The position numbers and the translations under genes were made by a program. A stretch of 64,000 nt of DNA from Felis catus (taxonomy: Eukaryota): NCBI RefSeq assembly GCF_018350175.1, contig NC_058369.1, positions 26,910,001 through 26,974,000 on the forward strand, written 5' to 3'. The notes beneath the pieces are model-generated. The model had not been told where the DNA came from. It was given only the letters and a program-made list of their open reading frames with translations, and made no database searches. Shown piece by piece: positions 11,590 through 24,458 of the stretch (position 1 is its first letter; each line of letters opens with the position of its first letter).

Positions 11590-13906
11590 ACTTCTTCTTT
11601 ATCCATTCATCCATCAATGGACATTTGGTTGGGCTCTTTCCATACTTTGGCTATTGTTGATGGTGCTGCTATAAACATTGTGGAGCATGTGTCCCTTCGA
11701 AACAGCACACCTGTATCTTGTGGATAATGCCTAGTAGTGCAATTGGTGGGTTGTAGGGTAGTTCTATTTTTAGTTTTTTGAGGAACCTCCATACTGTTTT
11801 CCACAGTGGCTGCACCAGCTTGCATTGCCACCAACGATGCAAAAGAGATCCTCTTTCTCCGCGTCCTCACCAACATCTGTTGTTGCCTGAGTTGTTAATG
11901 TTAGCCATTCTGACAGGTGTAAGGTGGTATCTCATTGTGGTTTTGATTTGTATTTCCCTGATAATGAGTGATGTGGAGCATTTTTTCATGTGTCAGTTGG
12001 CCATCTGGGTGTCTTCCTTGGAGAAGTGTCTATTCATGTCTTTTGCCCATTTCTTCACTGGATTATTTGTTTTTTGGGTGTTGAATTTTTGGGTGTTGAG
12101 ATAGATTTTAGATACTAACCCTTTATCTGATATGTCATTTGCAAATATCTTCTCCCATTCTGTCAGTTGTCTTTTAGTTTTGCTGATTGTTTCCTTCACT
12201 GTTTAGAGCTTTTTATTTTGATGAGGTCTCAGTAGTTCATTTTTGCTTTTGTTTCCCTTGCCTCTGGAGATGTGTTGAGTAAGAAGTTGCTACGGGCAAG
12301 ATCATAGAGGTTTTTGCCTGCTTTCTCCTCGAGGATTTTGATGGTTTCCTGTCTTACATTGAGATCTTTCATCCATTTTGAGTTTATTTTTGTGTATGGT
12401 GTAAGAAAGTGGTCCAGGTTCATTCTTCTGCATGTCACTGTCCAGTTTTCCCAGCACCACTTGCTGAAGAGACTGTCTTTATTCCATTGGATATTCTTTC
12501 CTGCTTTGTCAAAGATTAGTTGGCCATATGTTTGTGGGTCAATTTCTGGGTTCTCTATTCTGTTCCATTGATCTGAGTGTCTGTTCTTGTGCCAGTACCC
12601 TACTGTTTTGATGATTAAAGCTTTGTAGTATAACTTGAAGTCCAGGATTGTGATGCCTCCTGCTTTGGTTTTCTTTTTCAAGATTGCTTTGGCTATTCGG
12701 GGTCTTTTCTGGTTCCATACAAATTTTAGGATTGTTTGTTCTAGCTCTGTGAAGAATGCTAGTGTTACTTTGATAGGGATTGCATTGAATATCTAGATTG
12801 CTTTGGGTAGTATGGACATTTTAACAATATTTGTTCTTCCCATTCAGAAGCATGAAATATTTTCCCATTTTTTTGTGTCTTCTTCAATTTCTTTCATAAG
12901 CTTTCTATAGTTTTCAGTGTATAGATTTTTCGCCTCTTTGGTTAGATCTATTCCTAGGTATTTTATAATTTTTTGCGCAACTGTAAATGGGATCGATTCC
13001 TTGATTTCTTTTTCTGTCGCTTCATTGTTGGTGTATAGGAATGCAACCAATTTCTGTGCATTGATTTTATATCCTGCAACTTTGCTGAATTCATGAATCA
13101 GTTCTAGCAGTTTCTTGGTAGAATCTTTAGGGTTTTCCATATAGAGTATCATATCATCTGCGAAGAGTGAAAGTTTTTCCTCCTTCTGTCCAATTTGGAT
13201 GCCTTTTATTTCTTTGTGTTGTCTGACTGCAGAGGCTAATACTTCCAATACTGTGTTGAATAACAGTGGCGAGAGTGGACATCCCTATCTTGTTCCTGAC
13301 CTTAGGGGGAAAGCTCTCAGTTTTTCCCCATTGAGGGTGATATTAGCGTTGGGTCGTTCATATATGGCTTTTATGATCTCGAGATATGCTCCTCCTATCC
13401 CTACTTTCTTGAGGGTTTTTATCAAGAAAGGATGCTGTATTTTGTCAAATGCTTTCTCTGCATCTGTTGAGAGGATCATATGGTTCTTGTCCTTTCTTTT
13501 ATTGATGTAATGAATCACATTAATTGTTTTGCGGATATTGAAGCAGCCCTGCATCCCAGGTATAAATCCCACTTGGTCGCAGTGAATAATTTTTTTAATG
13601 AATTGTTGGATCTGGTTGGCTAATATCTTGTTGAGGATTTTTGCACCCATGTTCATCTGGGAAATTGGTCTATAGTTCTTTTTTGGGGGGTCTCTGTCTG
13701 GTTTTGGAATCAAGGTACTGCTGGCTTCATAGAAAGAGTTTGGAAGTTTTCCTTCCATTTCTATTTTTTGGTACAGCTTCAAGAGAATAGGTGTTAACTC
13801 TTCCTTAAATGTTTGGTACAATTCCCCTGGAAAGCTATCTGGCCCTGGACTTTTGTTTTTTGGGGAGAATTTTGATTACTAATTTGATTTCTTTACTGGT
13901 TATGGG
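11115..13906 (-). mobile_element. Younger 5'-truncated felid-type L1 (about 2.8 kb) nested in the older L1
   Basis: RT pieces 13285..13821 and 12844..13248 (LFADDM), 12229..12681; degenerate TSD tgtcacc(c)tgtc at 11104 and 13907; host L1 resumes colinearly. Confidence 0.93.
11530..11588. repeat. (TG)n(TA)n microsatellite
   Basis: Directly visible. Confidence 0.97.
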
Positions 13907-14700
13907 TGTCACCCTGTCTTTGACTGGAGTGTTTAGTCCATTTACATTTTGTTACATGTGTTTTGGTTGTTTTGTTGGCTTTCTTTAGTAATGTACTCAG
14001 ATTCCTTTCTCTTTACTTTTTGCATATATATTACTGTTTTTCTTTATTTGTGGATCTTTATTAGGTTTATATGTAACATCTCTGCATATAGCAGTGCATT
14101 TTAAATTGATAGTTGGTTAAATTTGAACTCATTCTTTACTCCTCTGCCCTCCATGTTTTAGGTATATGGTGAAATATTTTATATACTTTTATTTTGTGAA
14201 TCCCTTGACTGATTTTTATAGATATACACCCTTATTCTGCTTTTGTCCTACTTTTCTTAATCCCCCTACTTATTGTCTTTCCTTTCCACTCAGAGTCCTC
14301 TTTAACATTTCTTCTATGGCTTGTTTAGTGGTCATGAATTACTTTTGTTTGTCTGGGAAACTCTTTACCTTTCCTTCTATTCTGAATAGTAGGCTTGCTG
14401 GATAGAGTATTCTTGGCTGCATGTTTTTTCTGTTTAGCAGCTTGAATATATCATACCCCTCCCTTCTTGCCTTCAAAGTTTCTGCTGGAAAATCTACTGA
14501 TAGCCTTTTGGGGTTTCCCTTGTATGTAATCGTTTTCTTTTCTCTTGCTGCTTTTAACATTCTCTCTTTATCACTACTTTTTGCCATTTTCATTACTGTG
14601 TATCTTGGTGTATATATGTTTGGATTGATTTTATTGGGAGCTTTCTGTGGCTCTTGGATTTGGATTTCTATTTCCTTCCCCCGATTCAAGAAGTTTTTAG

Positions 14701-14909
14701 GGGTGCCTTGGTGGCTCAGTCAGTTAACTATCTGACATCGGCACAGGTCATGATCTCATGGTTCATGGGTTTCAGCCCTGTGTCAAGCTCTGTGCTGACA
14801 GCTCAGAGCTGGAGCCTGCTTTGGATTCTATCTCCCTCTCTCTGTGCCTCTCCCCCACTTGTACTTTCTTTCTCTCTTTCTCTCTCAAAAATAAACATAA
14901 AAAATTAAA
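14701..14909 (+). mobile_element. CanSINE inserted in L1 ORF1
   Basis: TSD aagttt(t/c)tag at 14691 and 14910. Confidence 0.93.
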
Positions 14910-16022
14910 AAGTTTCTAGCTATAATTTCTTCAAGTAAAAGTTTTACCTTCTTTTCTCTTTTTTCTTCTTCTGGGACTCCTATAATGTGAATGTTATTAC
15001 ACTTGATGGTATCACTGTGTTCCTTAAGTCTATTATCATTATTATTATTATTTATTATTTATTTATTATTTATTTATTTATTTATTATTTTATCATTATT
15101 ATTTTTTCTCCCATGTTCAGCTTGATTGCTTTACATAACTCTATTATCCAGGTCACTGATCTGTTCTTCTGTTTTCTCTAGTCTACTATTTATTCCATTT
15201 AGTGTATTTTTAATGAATTCTTCATCTCTGATTGGTTCTTTTTTATGTTTTCTATCTCCTTGTTAAGGGTCTCACTGAAGTACCCCACTCTTTTCTCAAG
15301 TCAAATGAGTATCTTTATGACCATTACTTTAAATTCTCCCTCAGGAATATTACTTATCTCCACTTCATGTAGGTCTCTTGCTGTGATTTTGTTCTATTCT
15401 TTCATTTGGGACATATTCCTTTGTCTCCTCATTTTGTTTAACTCTTGGTTTCTCTTTCTATGTCTTTAGAAAGTCATCTATGTCTCTTGCTGTTGGAAGT
15501 AGTGGCTTCATGAAGAAGAGGTCCTGTAGTGCCCTGGAGTGCAATGTTCTCTGTTCACTAATACCTGGTATTTTAGGGGTATCTTCTGGTGTGTTGTATA
15601 TACCCTGCTGCTGTGGCTGGTCCACTTTGTCTTCAGTCCAGTCATCTGCAATGGCTCTCTGCCTGCTATGGGCAGGGTTTGGTCCTTTTGTTAGTAGGCC
15701 CATCTGGGATGGCTTTGAGCTTGAGTTGAGTCAGACTGGGTGTTTGCCATAGGTGCAGTAGTACTGAACTGTTTTGTCTTCTGACATATTTTCATTGTTG
15801 GGTGGGCCCTGTATTCAGAGCAGATGTCTACTGCAGCCCACTTTTGGGGCTACAGTCAGTCTGGTGTGTATGTTTATCTTCCCCTCTCCCCAGGATAGGA
15901 GTCCCTTTGGAATGGTACTGGCCCCTGTCAGGACTGTGTGCACACCACCAGCTTGTGGCACTACTTTGGATGGGCTCAAGCCAAGAGAATATTGGAGGGG
16001 GTGGATCTGTAGAAGTGCACAC

Positions 16023-16568
16023 AGTTTCACTTTCTTAAGTGTGTGTTTTGAAGACTGGAAGATTTTACTTTTATAAAGTCTAATTCATCATTTTTTTCTT
16101 TTGTGATTACAGACTTTTTGTGTTTACTTTATGAAATATCTTCTGATACAAAAAACACAGTTTTTCACTTTTTTCTTCTTAAAACTTTATAGTTTTAATT
16201 TTTAAATTTGGGGGAATGCTCATTTGGGGCTTATTTTTTGTGTATGGTCAGAAGTGGGGGTTGAGGCTCATATTTCTTTTTTTCCTATATAGATATCCAA
16301 TTCTAGCTTCATTTATTGAAAGAATTGTAATTTAACCATTGAATTATGTTGGCACTTTTGTCAGCAATCTGTAGATCAGGTATGTGTGGGTCAGTTTGTG
16401 GACTATTTTATGCCATTAATTTATGTCTATGTTTATGCCATATTACACTGTCTTGATTACTATAACTTTATAATAAGTCTTGAAATCAAATAGTGTAAGG
16501 CTTCCAGATTTGATTTTATAAAGTATTTTTCATTATTTGAGATCTTAGGATTTCCATATAATTTTTAA
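16023..16568 (-). mobile_element. Ancient L1M ORF2 fragment (continuation of 6200-6344; resumes again at 18456-18770)
   Basis: acactgtcttgattactataactttataataagtcttgaaatc motif; colinear with the flanking pieces. Confidence 0.75.
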
Positions 16569-18455
16569 GACTTTTTTTTTTAAAGACTTTGTTGTTTTAG
16601 AGCAGTTTTATTCACAACAATATTGAGCAGAAGGTACACAAATTCTCCCTGCCTCAACATGTACTAAGCCTTCTGCATTAACAACATCCCCAGAGTGGTA
16701 CATTTATTATACTTGGTGAGCTTATAATGATACATCATAATACATATATTGATACATACAAAGTCCATAGCTTACCTTAAGTTTCACTCTTAGTGATGTA
16801 CATTCCATGTATTTGGACAAATGTATAATGACATGTTTCATCATTCTAGTATCATAAAGGATATTTTCACAGTTCTAAAAATCTATGTTCCACCTATTCA
16901 TCTCTCCCCCTAGTCCCCAGTTCTTGGCAACCGCTGATCTTTCTACTGTCCCTATGGTTTTGTTTTTTCCAGAATGTCATATAGTTTTGCAGTGTGTAGC
17001 CTTTTCAGATTAGAATCATACAATATGTAGCATTTTTAGATTCACTTCTTTCATTTAGTAATATGCATTTAAGGTTTCTCCATATCTTTTCATGGCTTTA
17101 TATGTAATTTTTTTTTAGCAAGGAATAATATTCTATTATCTGAATGTTCCACAGTTTATCAATTCCTTTACTGAAGGAAATCTTAGTTGCTTCTAGGTTT
17201 TGACAATTATGAGTAAAGCAGCTATAAACATCTGTGGGCAGGTTTTTTGTGTGGACATAAATTTGCAACACCTTTGGGTAATTAACAAAGAGTGTGAGTG
17301 CTAGGTTGTATAGTAAGAGTATATTTAATTTTTTGAGAAATCAGCAATGTGTCTTCTAAAATGGCTATACCATTTTGCATTCTCACCAGCAATGAATAAA
17401 AATTTCTGTTACTGTTTCCTCTCTGATTTTATCCTGTGAAAAAAATTGTGGAGAATGGATATAATTTCATCCTTAAATGCTTGATAGATATCACCAGTGA
17501 GCCCATTTGGGTTGGGCTTTTGGTTTGGGAAGGTTATTAATAATTGACTCAATATCTTTAATAGATATAGCCTTATTCAGATTATCTATTTCTTCTTGTT
17601 TGACTTTTGGGCACGTTATGTCTTTTAAGTGATTGGTCCATTTCATCTGGGTTATTAAATTTGTGTGAATAGCATAGTATTTCTTTCTTATTCTTTTAAT
17701 GTCCATAGGATCTGTAATTATGTGTCCTTTTTAATTTCTTTTTTTAAATTGTATTAAAATTTTTTAATGTTTATTTATTTTTGAGAGAGATAGAGGAGAG
17801 AGAATGAGAGTGGGGGGAAGGGCAGAGAGAGAGGAAGACACAGAATTCAAAGCTGTGTCTCAGAGCAGCTGTGACACAGCTGAGCAGTCAGCACAGAACC
17901 CCATGTGGGGCTTGAACTCACTAACTGCAAGATCATGACATGAGCCGAAGTTGGACACTTAACTGACTGAGCCACCCAGGTGCCCCTGATTTCTGACATT
18001 AGTGATTTGTGTCCTCCTTTTTTCTTAGTTAGTCTGTGTAAAAATTTATTGATTTTATTAATTGTTTTCAAAGAATGAGCTTTTAGCTTCATTGATTTTC
18101 TGTATTGAATTCTTGTTTTTAATTACATTGATGTAGGATCTAATTCTTACTATTTCTTTTCTTGTGCTTACATTGGATTTAATTTGCTCTTCCCTTTCTA
18201 GTTTCCTAATGTGGAAACTTAGATTATTAATTTTAGATCTTTGTTGTTTTCTAATACAGGCATTCCATGCTATAAAACTAATCACTGCTTTTGCTGCACC
18301 CCACAAATTTTGAGGAGTTGTATTTTTTTTCCATTTAGTTCAAAATATTTTAAAATTTCTCTTGAGATTTATTCTTTGATTTATGTGTTGTTTAGAAGTA
18401 TGTTGTTTCATATTCATGTATTTGGGGATTTTCTAGCTATCTTTTTGTTACGGCT
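16569..18455 (-). mobile_element. L1MC1-like element (3' end plus internally deleted ORF2)
   Basis: tagagcagtttta...cagagtggtacattt...ccagaatgtcatatagtt 3'UTR; ORF2 pieces 17491..17706 and 18058..18306. Confidence 0.8.
17740..17986 (-). mobile_element. CanSINE
   Basis: Typical body with a small internal duplication. Confidence 0.93.
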
Positions 18456-18901
18456 CACATAAATTTTTAAATTACTTTCTCAATTTCTTTTAAAAGTCTG
18501 CTGGGATTTTGATTGTGATTAGATTTCAATCTATAGATCAGTTTGGGGAAAATTGACACCTAAAGTAAAATTGAGTCTCTCAGTGTGTGAACATGGCACA
18601 TCTCTCCATTTACTCAAGTTTTCTGTAATTTCCTACAAAAAAGTTTATAGTTTTCAATGTGCAGGTCTTACATATGTTTTGTTAATTTTACTGTTTAATA
18701 TTTTATGGTTTTTAGTGTTTTTCTTATTGGTCTTAAATTGTCTTAAATTTTACTTTCTAATTATGCATTAATATTCTGACCCACCTTTCTCACTGAGTGT
18801 AAGAAAAATCATTTCAACTGAATATCTGTACCAAAAATTTTTACAGTTATTACAAGAAAAAACAGTATAGTGAGCAGAATAACATTTCTATAGGTAAGAA
18901 G

Positions 18902-18990
18902 GCAATATTTGGGACATATTTATATTAAAAATTAATCATTATCTGAAATTCAAATTTAACTGAGCATCCTATATTTTATCTGGCAGCCGT
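18902..18990. mobile_element. One arm of a MER53-like palindromic DNA transposon
   Basis: tgggacatatttatatt...tatctgaaattcaaatttaactgagcatcctatattttatctggcagccgta. Confidence 0.65.
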
Positions 18991-20699
18991 AAGCACACTA
19001 TTATTTTACATTGTGTTGAGATATTAACCAAGGTACCTAGAAAATAATTAAAAGCATATGAATTTGAAAGAAGAAAAATGATCTTTATTTCAAATGATAT
19101 TATTTTATATCTGGAAAGCCCAAAACGTTAGTGGGAAAACTAACACAAGTTAATAGAGAATTTAGTGAAGTAGTAGGTTACAAAATCAAAATTAAAAAAC
19201 AGTAACTTTATTATGTAGAGAAAGAAGCCATTTAGAAAATGTAATAGAAGGGAATATACCATTTATTATATCCAAAATAAAATATCTAGGCATAAAATTG
19301 AGAAGAAATATCTAAAACATTTAATGAAGAAAACTATAAAAATAGTCCTGAAAGACCCAAAAATTACCTCAAACATGTGGAAAGTTTTACCATATACTTG
19401 GATAGAAAGAGGAAACATCATAAAGATGTCAAGTTAATTTATAAATTTAACAGAATTCCAATAAATTACTATCAAGCTTTTTTCCCCTGGGGGATAATCC
19501 CCTGGGATTATAAAGTTCATTTAAATGAATAGTCAAATCACTGGAAACGGAGAGCAATAGGGATAAAATAGGCCTACTTGATATTAAAACATAATTAAAA
19601 CAGTGTGATCATGGTACCCGAATACACAGAGAGAACAATAGAAAACCCACAAGTAAACTTAACAGCATATGGCAACACTATAGGTTGCACTTTCAGTAAG
19701 TGGTATTGAGATAAACTGGGTAACCATGGTAAGTATATGAAATCGAATATATTCCTAATACTGAATATTATGATATGATATTCCTAATACTGAATATTCC
19801 TAATACTGAATATTATGATAAATTTATGATAAATTTCAAGTGGTTTAGAGATTTAAATATTAAAAAAAATCATATGAGTAGTAGGAGACATATGAGTAAA
19901 ATCCTCATGAAATCCAAAAGGGAGAAGATTGTTTAATCTGATAAAAGACTTTTGCATGGCAAAAACAAAACAAAAAGAATATTTTTACCATATATAAAAA
20001 GACAAAGGACAATTTTTTTAAATTGCAACTTTTATCACAGATCTAGTATTAATATGTAAATAGCATCTGATATGGAAAAGAAAAAGACCAGCAAATCTAT
20101 AGAAAAATGGGTTAGTAATTTGAGTAGTCAATTCAAGAAAACTACTGCAAATGGTCCTTAACTATGAAAATGATGCTTCACTTCATTTCTCATTTACAAC
20201 AAGAGAAAAATGCAAGTTAAAACAGCCTAAAACAAAATTCTGATCTACCATATTGGCAAAGGTTCCAAAGTTTAACAACCTATACCATTGGCAAAGCTAT
20301 GGGCAAATGAATGTTGTTATATATTGCTGACAGAAATCAAAATAATACAATAATTTGAAGGGGAGTTTGTCAACATCTAGCAAAATTATGTATGTATACC
20401 TTGATCCAACAATCTAACTTATAGAGCTCTAGAAGGTATAGTAACAAAATGCAGTAGTAAAAATTTTACAGTAGTAAAAATATGTAAAGCATAAGCAAAA
20501 AGATCTTCATTTCAGCATTATTCATGATAGCAAAAGAAATTTCCAAATGTTCATCAGTAGAGCACTTGTAGGCACTGCACAATAAATTATCATGCAGCTG
20601 TAAAAAGTAATGAGTATTATCTTCTGCAGAGGATCTCCAGCATGTGTAGTGTAAATGAGAAAAGTAAGGTGCAGAAAAAGTGTGCATTGTATGTTACTA

Positions 20700-20943
20700 T
20701 TTTTATTTATTTATTTGTTTGTTTATTTATTCATTTATCTATTTATTTATTTTAACGTTTATTTATTTTTGAGAGAGAGAGAAAGAGAGTGGGGGAGAGG
20801 TAGTGAGAGGGAGACAGAGGATCCAGAGCTGGCTCTTTACTGACAGCAGCAAGCCCAATGTGGGGCTCGAACTCAGGAATTCATGAGATCGTGACCTGAG
20901 CTGAAGTTGGATGCTCAAACAACTGAGCCACCCAGGTGCCCCT
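20700..20943 (-). mobile_element. CanSINE
   Basis: (TTTA)n tail; degenerate TSD tgtaNNttactNtttt. Confidence 0.92.
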
Positions 20944-20984
20944 GTACATTACTGTTTTTTTTAAGGGGAGGATATAGGAATATA

Positions 20985-21120
20985 CATATGTTTGTATATG
21001 TTTGTGTATATGTATATATTTGTATATATACACACATATATGTTTTGTATATATTGTATATATATTGCATATATTTGTATATATATTTTGTATATATATG
21101 TGTGTATATATGTATATATT
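20985..21120. repeat. Degenerate (TA/TG)n tract
   Basis: Directly visible. Confidence 0.9.
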
Positions 21121-24072
21121 TTTAATAGAAGGGTAAAAAATATTGATTATTCTTTGGGAGAAAAAGTAAACAATATGAAGGAGACAGAGATAGAAGCTAG
21201 ACTTCTCTGATCATACTTTGATTTACAGTTTTGAGTTTGTATCATTGTAAATATTTTATATAATTATAAACAAAATGAAATTAAAAATGATCATAAAAAC
21301 CAGAAGCAAAATAAAACAAATGTCTAAATGTATGGAGGTGGTGGCAAAACCACAAAGAAGAGAATTATTTCAATTGTATGTATATGTTGTAGATAATTAA
21401 ATTAAAGTTGACTGTATATTCCTAGTGGAGTGTATTTAAAACAAAAAACAGAAAAGACAAAATAATCTTTTTGGTAAACATTGTTATTGGTGATGTAGGC
21501 ATTTTTCTGAGACTGGAGAGTGTGTATTGTAGAATAAAGTTAATGGGATATAATAAATAATGGGATGTTGAGGCTGGGATATTTTGTATAGAAGGAAGGA
21601 GATACAGATTAAAGACTTACGAGATTAATAAAAGTCTTGTAGCCCTTAATTTGAATTGGAAGTATCAATATGAACATGTGCTCTATACCATTATTTAAAA
21701 AAAAAAATTATAGCCCTTTTCACTAAAAAGGGCTGGGTTCATGACCTGAAAAACAGTCATGAACCCAGAGCAATGAATACCTTTAGAATTCTGATTGTGG
21801 TCTCTACATCTTATTCTCACTAAAAGAAACTAGAACTTGATGCAGAAATGGCAGATTGCAGAATCTTGGGCAGAAAATTTATGGGATAAGACTGAAACAT
21901 CTTGTCATATCAAAAAGTAAGATAAATGCCAAAGACAACTAGTGTAGTGACAGAAGGATGTAGGACTTATCTTGAACAGAATCTTTTTGGACAAAATATG
22001 GAATACCTTCAACATCACTAGGAAAATAATTGCAGTGATTTGAAGCACATCAAATAGGTTTAAGTCTATGAGTTTATAGTGATAAAAAGAAATTACTGGT
22101 CACTTTTGGAGAATTCTAGGTAATCAACTCATTATTCCAAAACAATAGCTAATAAAGGAAAAGTATCAAATATTTACTCTTATTTTCCCATTCAAATTGT
22201 ATCCCTGAGTAACTAAATATTTGATGAGGGGAAATGTGTACTTATAAGAGTATTCCAGCTAGTAAATGAAGAAGGAAGAATTAGAGTATCACTGTTTTTC
22301 AGTCCTAATAAATTAATGGATTTCAGCAGTGATCATCATTAGTTGCTGACATCCTATATAAAAAAAATCAATCAGGTATTATGCACCTCCTAATGAAAGT
22401 ACATGACATCGCTTATGAACTAGCTTTGCTAATAAATCACAAAGCCTCTAGATCTAACAAACAATCTACAGGAGATATTAGAAGCAGAGGAACGTTTGAA
22501 TTACACCATGGGGATGCAATCAGCAAAATTTATACTGTGGGATACTCCACAAGGGAATTAAAAAAACATTTCTTGAGCAAATAAATATAAAGGAAAAAAA
22601 GAGAGAGATAAGTACATATCAATCAATTACAATACATTGACTTTATTAGGATCCTGATTCTAACATAAAAAACTGTAGGGAAAAGTGGAGAGAAAATGAA
22701 AGCGATCCAGACAGAAAGAGACACACATTTATAGAAATTGGACACTTACACAAATTTCAATATTGCCTAAATATTTGATAATATTAAGTAATTATTATAG
22801 ACTGGAAGCAAGACACCCTAGTAGCAACAAGCATATCTAGTTAGTGTCCAGATCATGGTTTCTAAATATCATTCTTTACTCAAAAAAATGGCTGGTTCAG
22901 GTTTGGTACAGGGAAAATATAAAAAAGTCTAGCACTAAAAGACAAGAAATTTCAAAGACTAAGAGTACATTTCAAAAAGAACACAGAAGCTGTTGGGAAT
23001 TAGGCAAAGGTCATCAACAGAGGCTATAACTATTGGATTAAAGGTTGTTGGGGAATAGAATATTCATGCCATAGTGAAGTACCTTCACAGAGATCAACTT
23101 CTAATTACAAAAAGGAGAAGTGTACCTTCAGCAAGTGATCAAATTTATTATTACCTGTAGAGGTACTGCTACCAATGACAATAATATTGCAACCTGATAA
23201 TGATGCAATAAGAAGTACATATTACTTACCTAGTGTTCTTGGAAGAAAAGTTATGACTAAATCTAATAGTGAGAAAATAATCAGACAACTTCATAATATG
23301 ATGGCCTGGACCCTTCATAAAAAATCAATGTCATGAAAAACACAAGAAAAAAGCTGTTCTAAATTAAAAGAGACCAAAGACACAAAACAAGCAAATGCAA
23401 TGTGTGAAACTTAATTTGGATTCTGCATGTGGGAAAAGGTGCTATAGCAGACATAATGGAGGCTTCTGGGATTATTTAAATGAGGGCAGCATTTTAGATG
23501 AGATTATTGAGTTACTATCAATTTTGTAGGTATGATAATGGTGTTGTGGTTATATAGGAAAATATCTGTACTCTTAGGAGATTCCTGATGGAGTATTTAG
23601 GGGCGAAGTGTTGGCAACGTACTTTCAAATGGTTTGTAAAACATACACATGGATGTGTATATGTATTGAGGAGAATAAAAAATGTGGCAAGGTATTAAAA
23701 CTGGTGAAACTTGGTGAAGGTATACAGGTGTTTATAGTAATTTGGATTTGTCTTTTTTATATAGATTTGAACATTTTTCTATTAAAAATTTGAAAAAATT
23801 AAATAAAAACAAATTATTACTTATGTATTTTAAGAATTGTATGTTTGCTTAAAGCTTATTAAGATGAATTATTTAAATCTTTTAATATAAGGCCAAGTAC
23901 TTCTCTTTAAGTAAGGCATAGCTAATTGGAGTTCTGAATCTATCTTGCTTAAGTCACAACATTATTATAAGAATGCCCATTTTCAGTTACTGTGAAACTA
24001 AGTAAAGTCAATTGCAAAGCAATGAGACAAAACTCTTCTGAATTTCTTTTATTTTTTCCTTTAGTATTTTAC

Positions 24073-24173
24073 CTTGATCTCTTCTACAATACACTTTTAT
24101 TTGAATCTTTCCAAGGCATTTAGCCTGGTTTTTGTAGAAGCAACCCTTTCTTCTCGCATTTATATTTCATTAA
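24073..24173 (-). pseudogene. Fossil exon U (about 100 nt; acceptor degraded)
   Basis: INEI*MREERVASTKTRLNALERFK*KCIVEEIK then AAG|gtaaaa. Confidence 0.55.
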
Positions 24174-24458
24174 TTTACATGATATGTAATTAAATGTTAT
24201 AAGTAAAACAACACCTATAACTGATATTAGCAAGTTTGAGGACAAATACACTTAACTCTTGGTAAATATACAACTCAAGTTGTTGGGAATTGAAAAAGTA
24301 CATGGATGTACAAAAGAATAGCCTACCAGTTATAAGGTTATAGTGTGCTGTAGTATCAGCTGGGATATTTCACAATGACGCTGTAGATCATTGGTTAATC
24401 TGGTAAACTGCTTGAGTGGAGATTGGTTAGAGAGGGTGTACTGTAGTGAAACACTCAC

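Larger units (their letters stand above)
6560..16022 (-). mobile_element. Near full-length carnivore L1 (5'UTR, ORF1, ORF2, 3'UTR), disabled and interrupted
   Basis: ORF1 start MRRQRNMSQMK at 15432, ORF1 piece 14339..14689, endonuclease motifs IGDFNTPL/SDH in 10447..10866, carnivore-type 3' end near 6590. Confidence 0.92.
18995..23810 (+). mobile_element. Ancient L1MC/L1ME ORF2 and 3'UTR fragments
   Basis: Decayed RT region (tctttatttcaaatgatattattttatatctggaaagccc), later aagcctctagatcta and ttctaaattaaaagagac 3'UTR motifs. Confidence 0.75.

Noticed and set aside
8370..14689. Endonuclease/reverse-transcriptase ORFs as a novel RT system or an active L1
   Set aside because: Ordinary L1 ORF1/ORF2 pieces, frameshifted, truncated or interrupted
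18847..18893. Plus-strand mini-exon (ttttacag|...|gtaaga)
   Set aside because: Isolated between repeat fragments with no partner exons; compatible with chance
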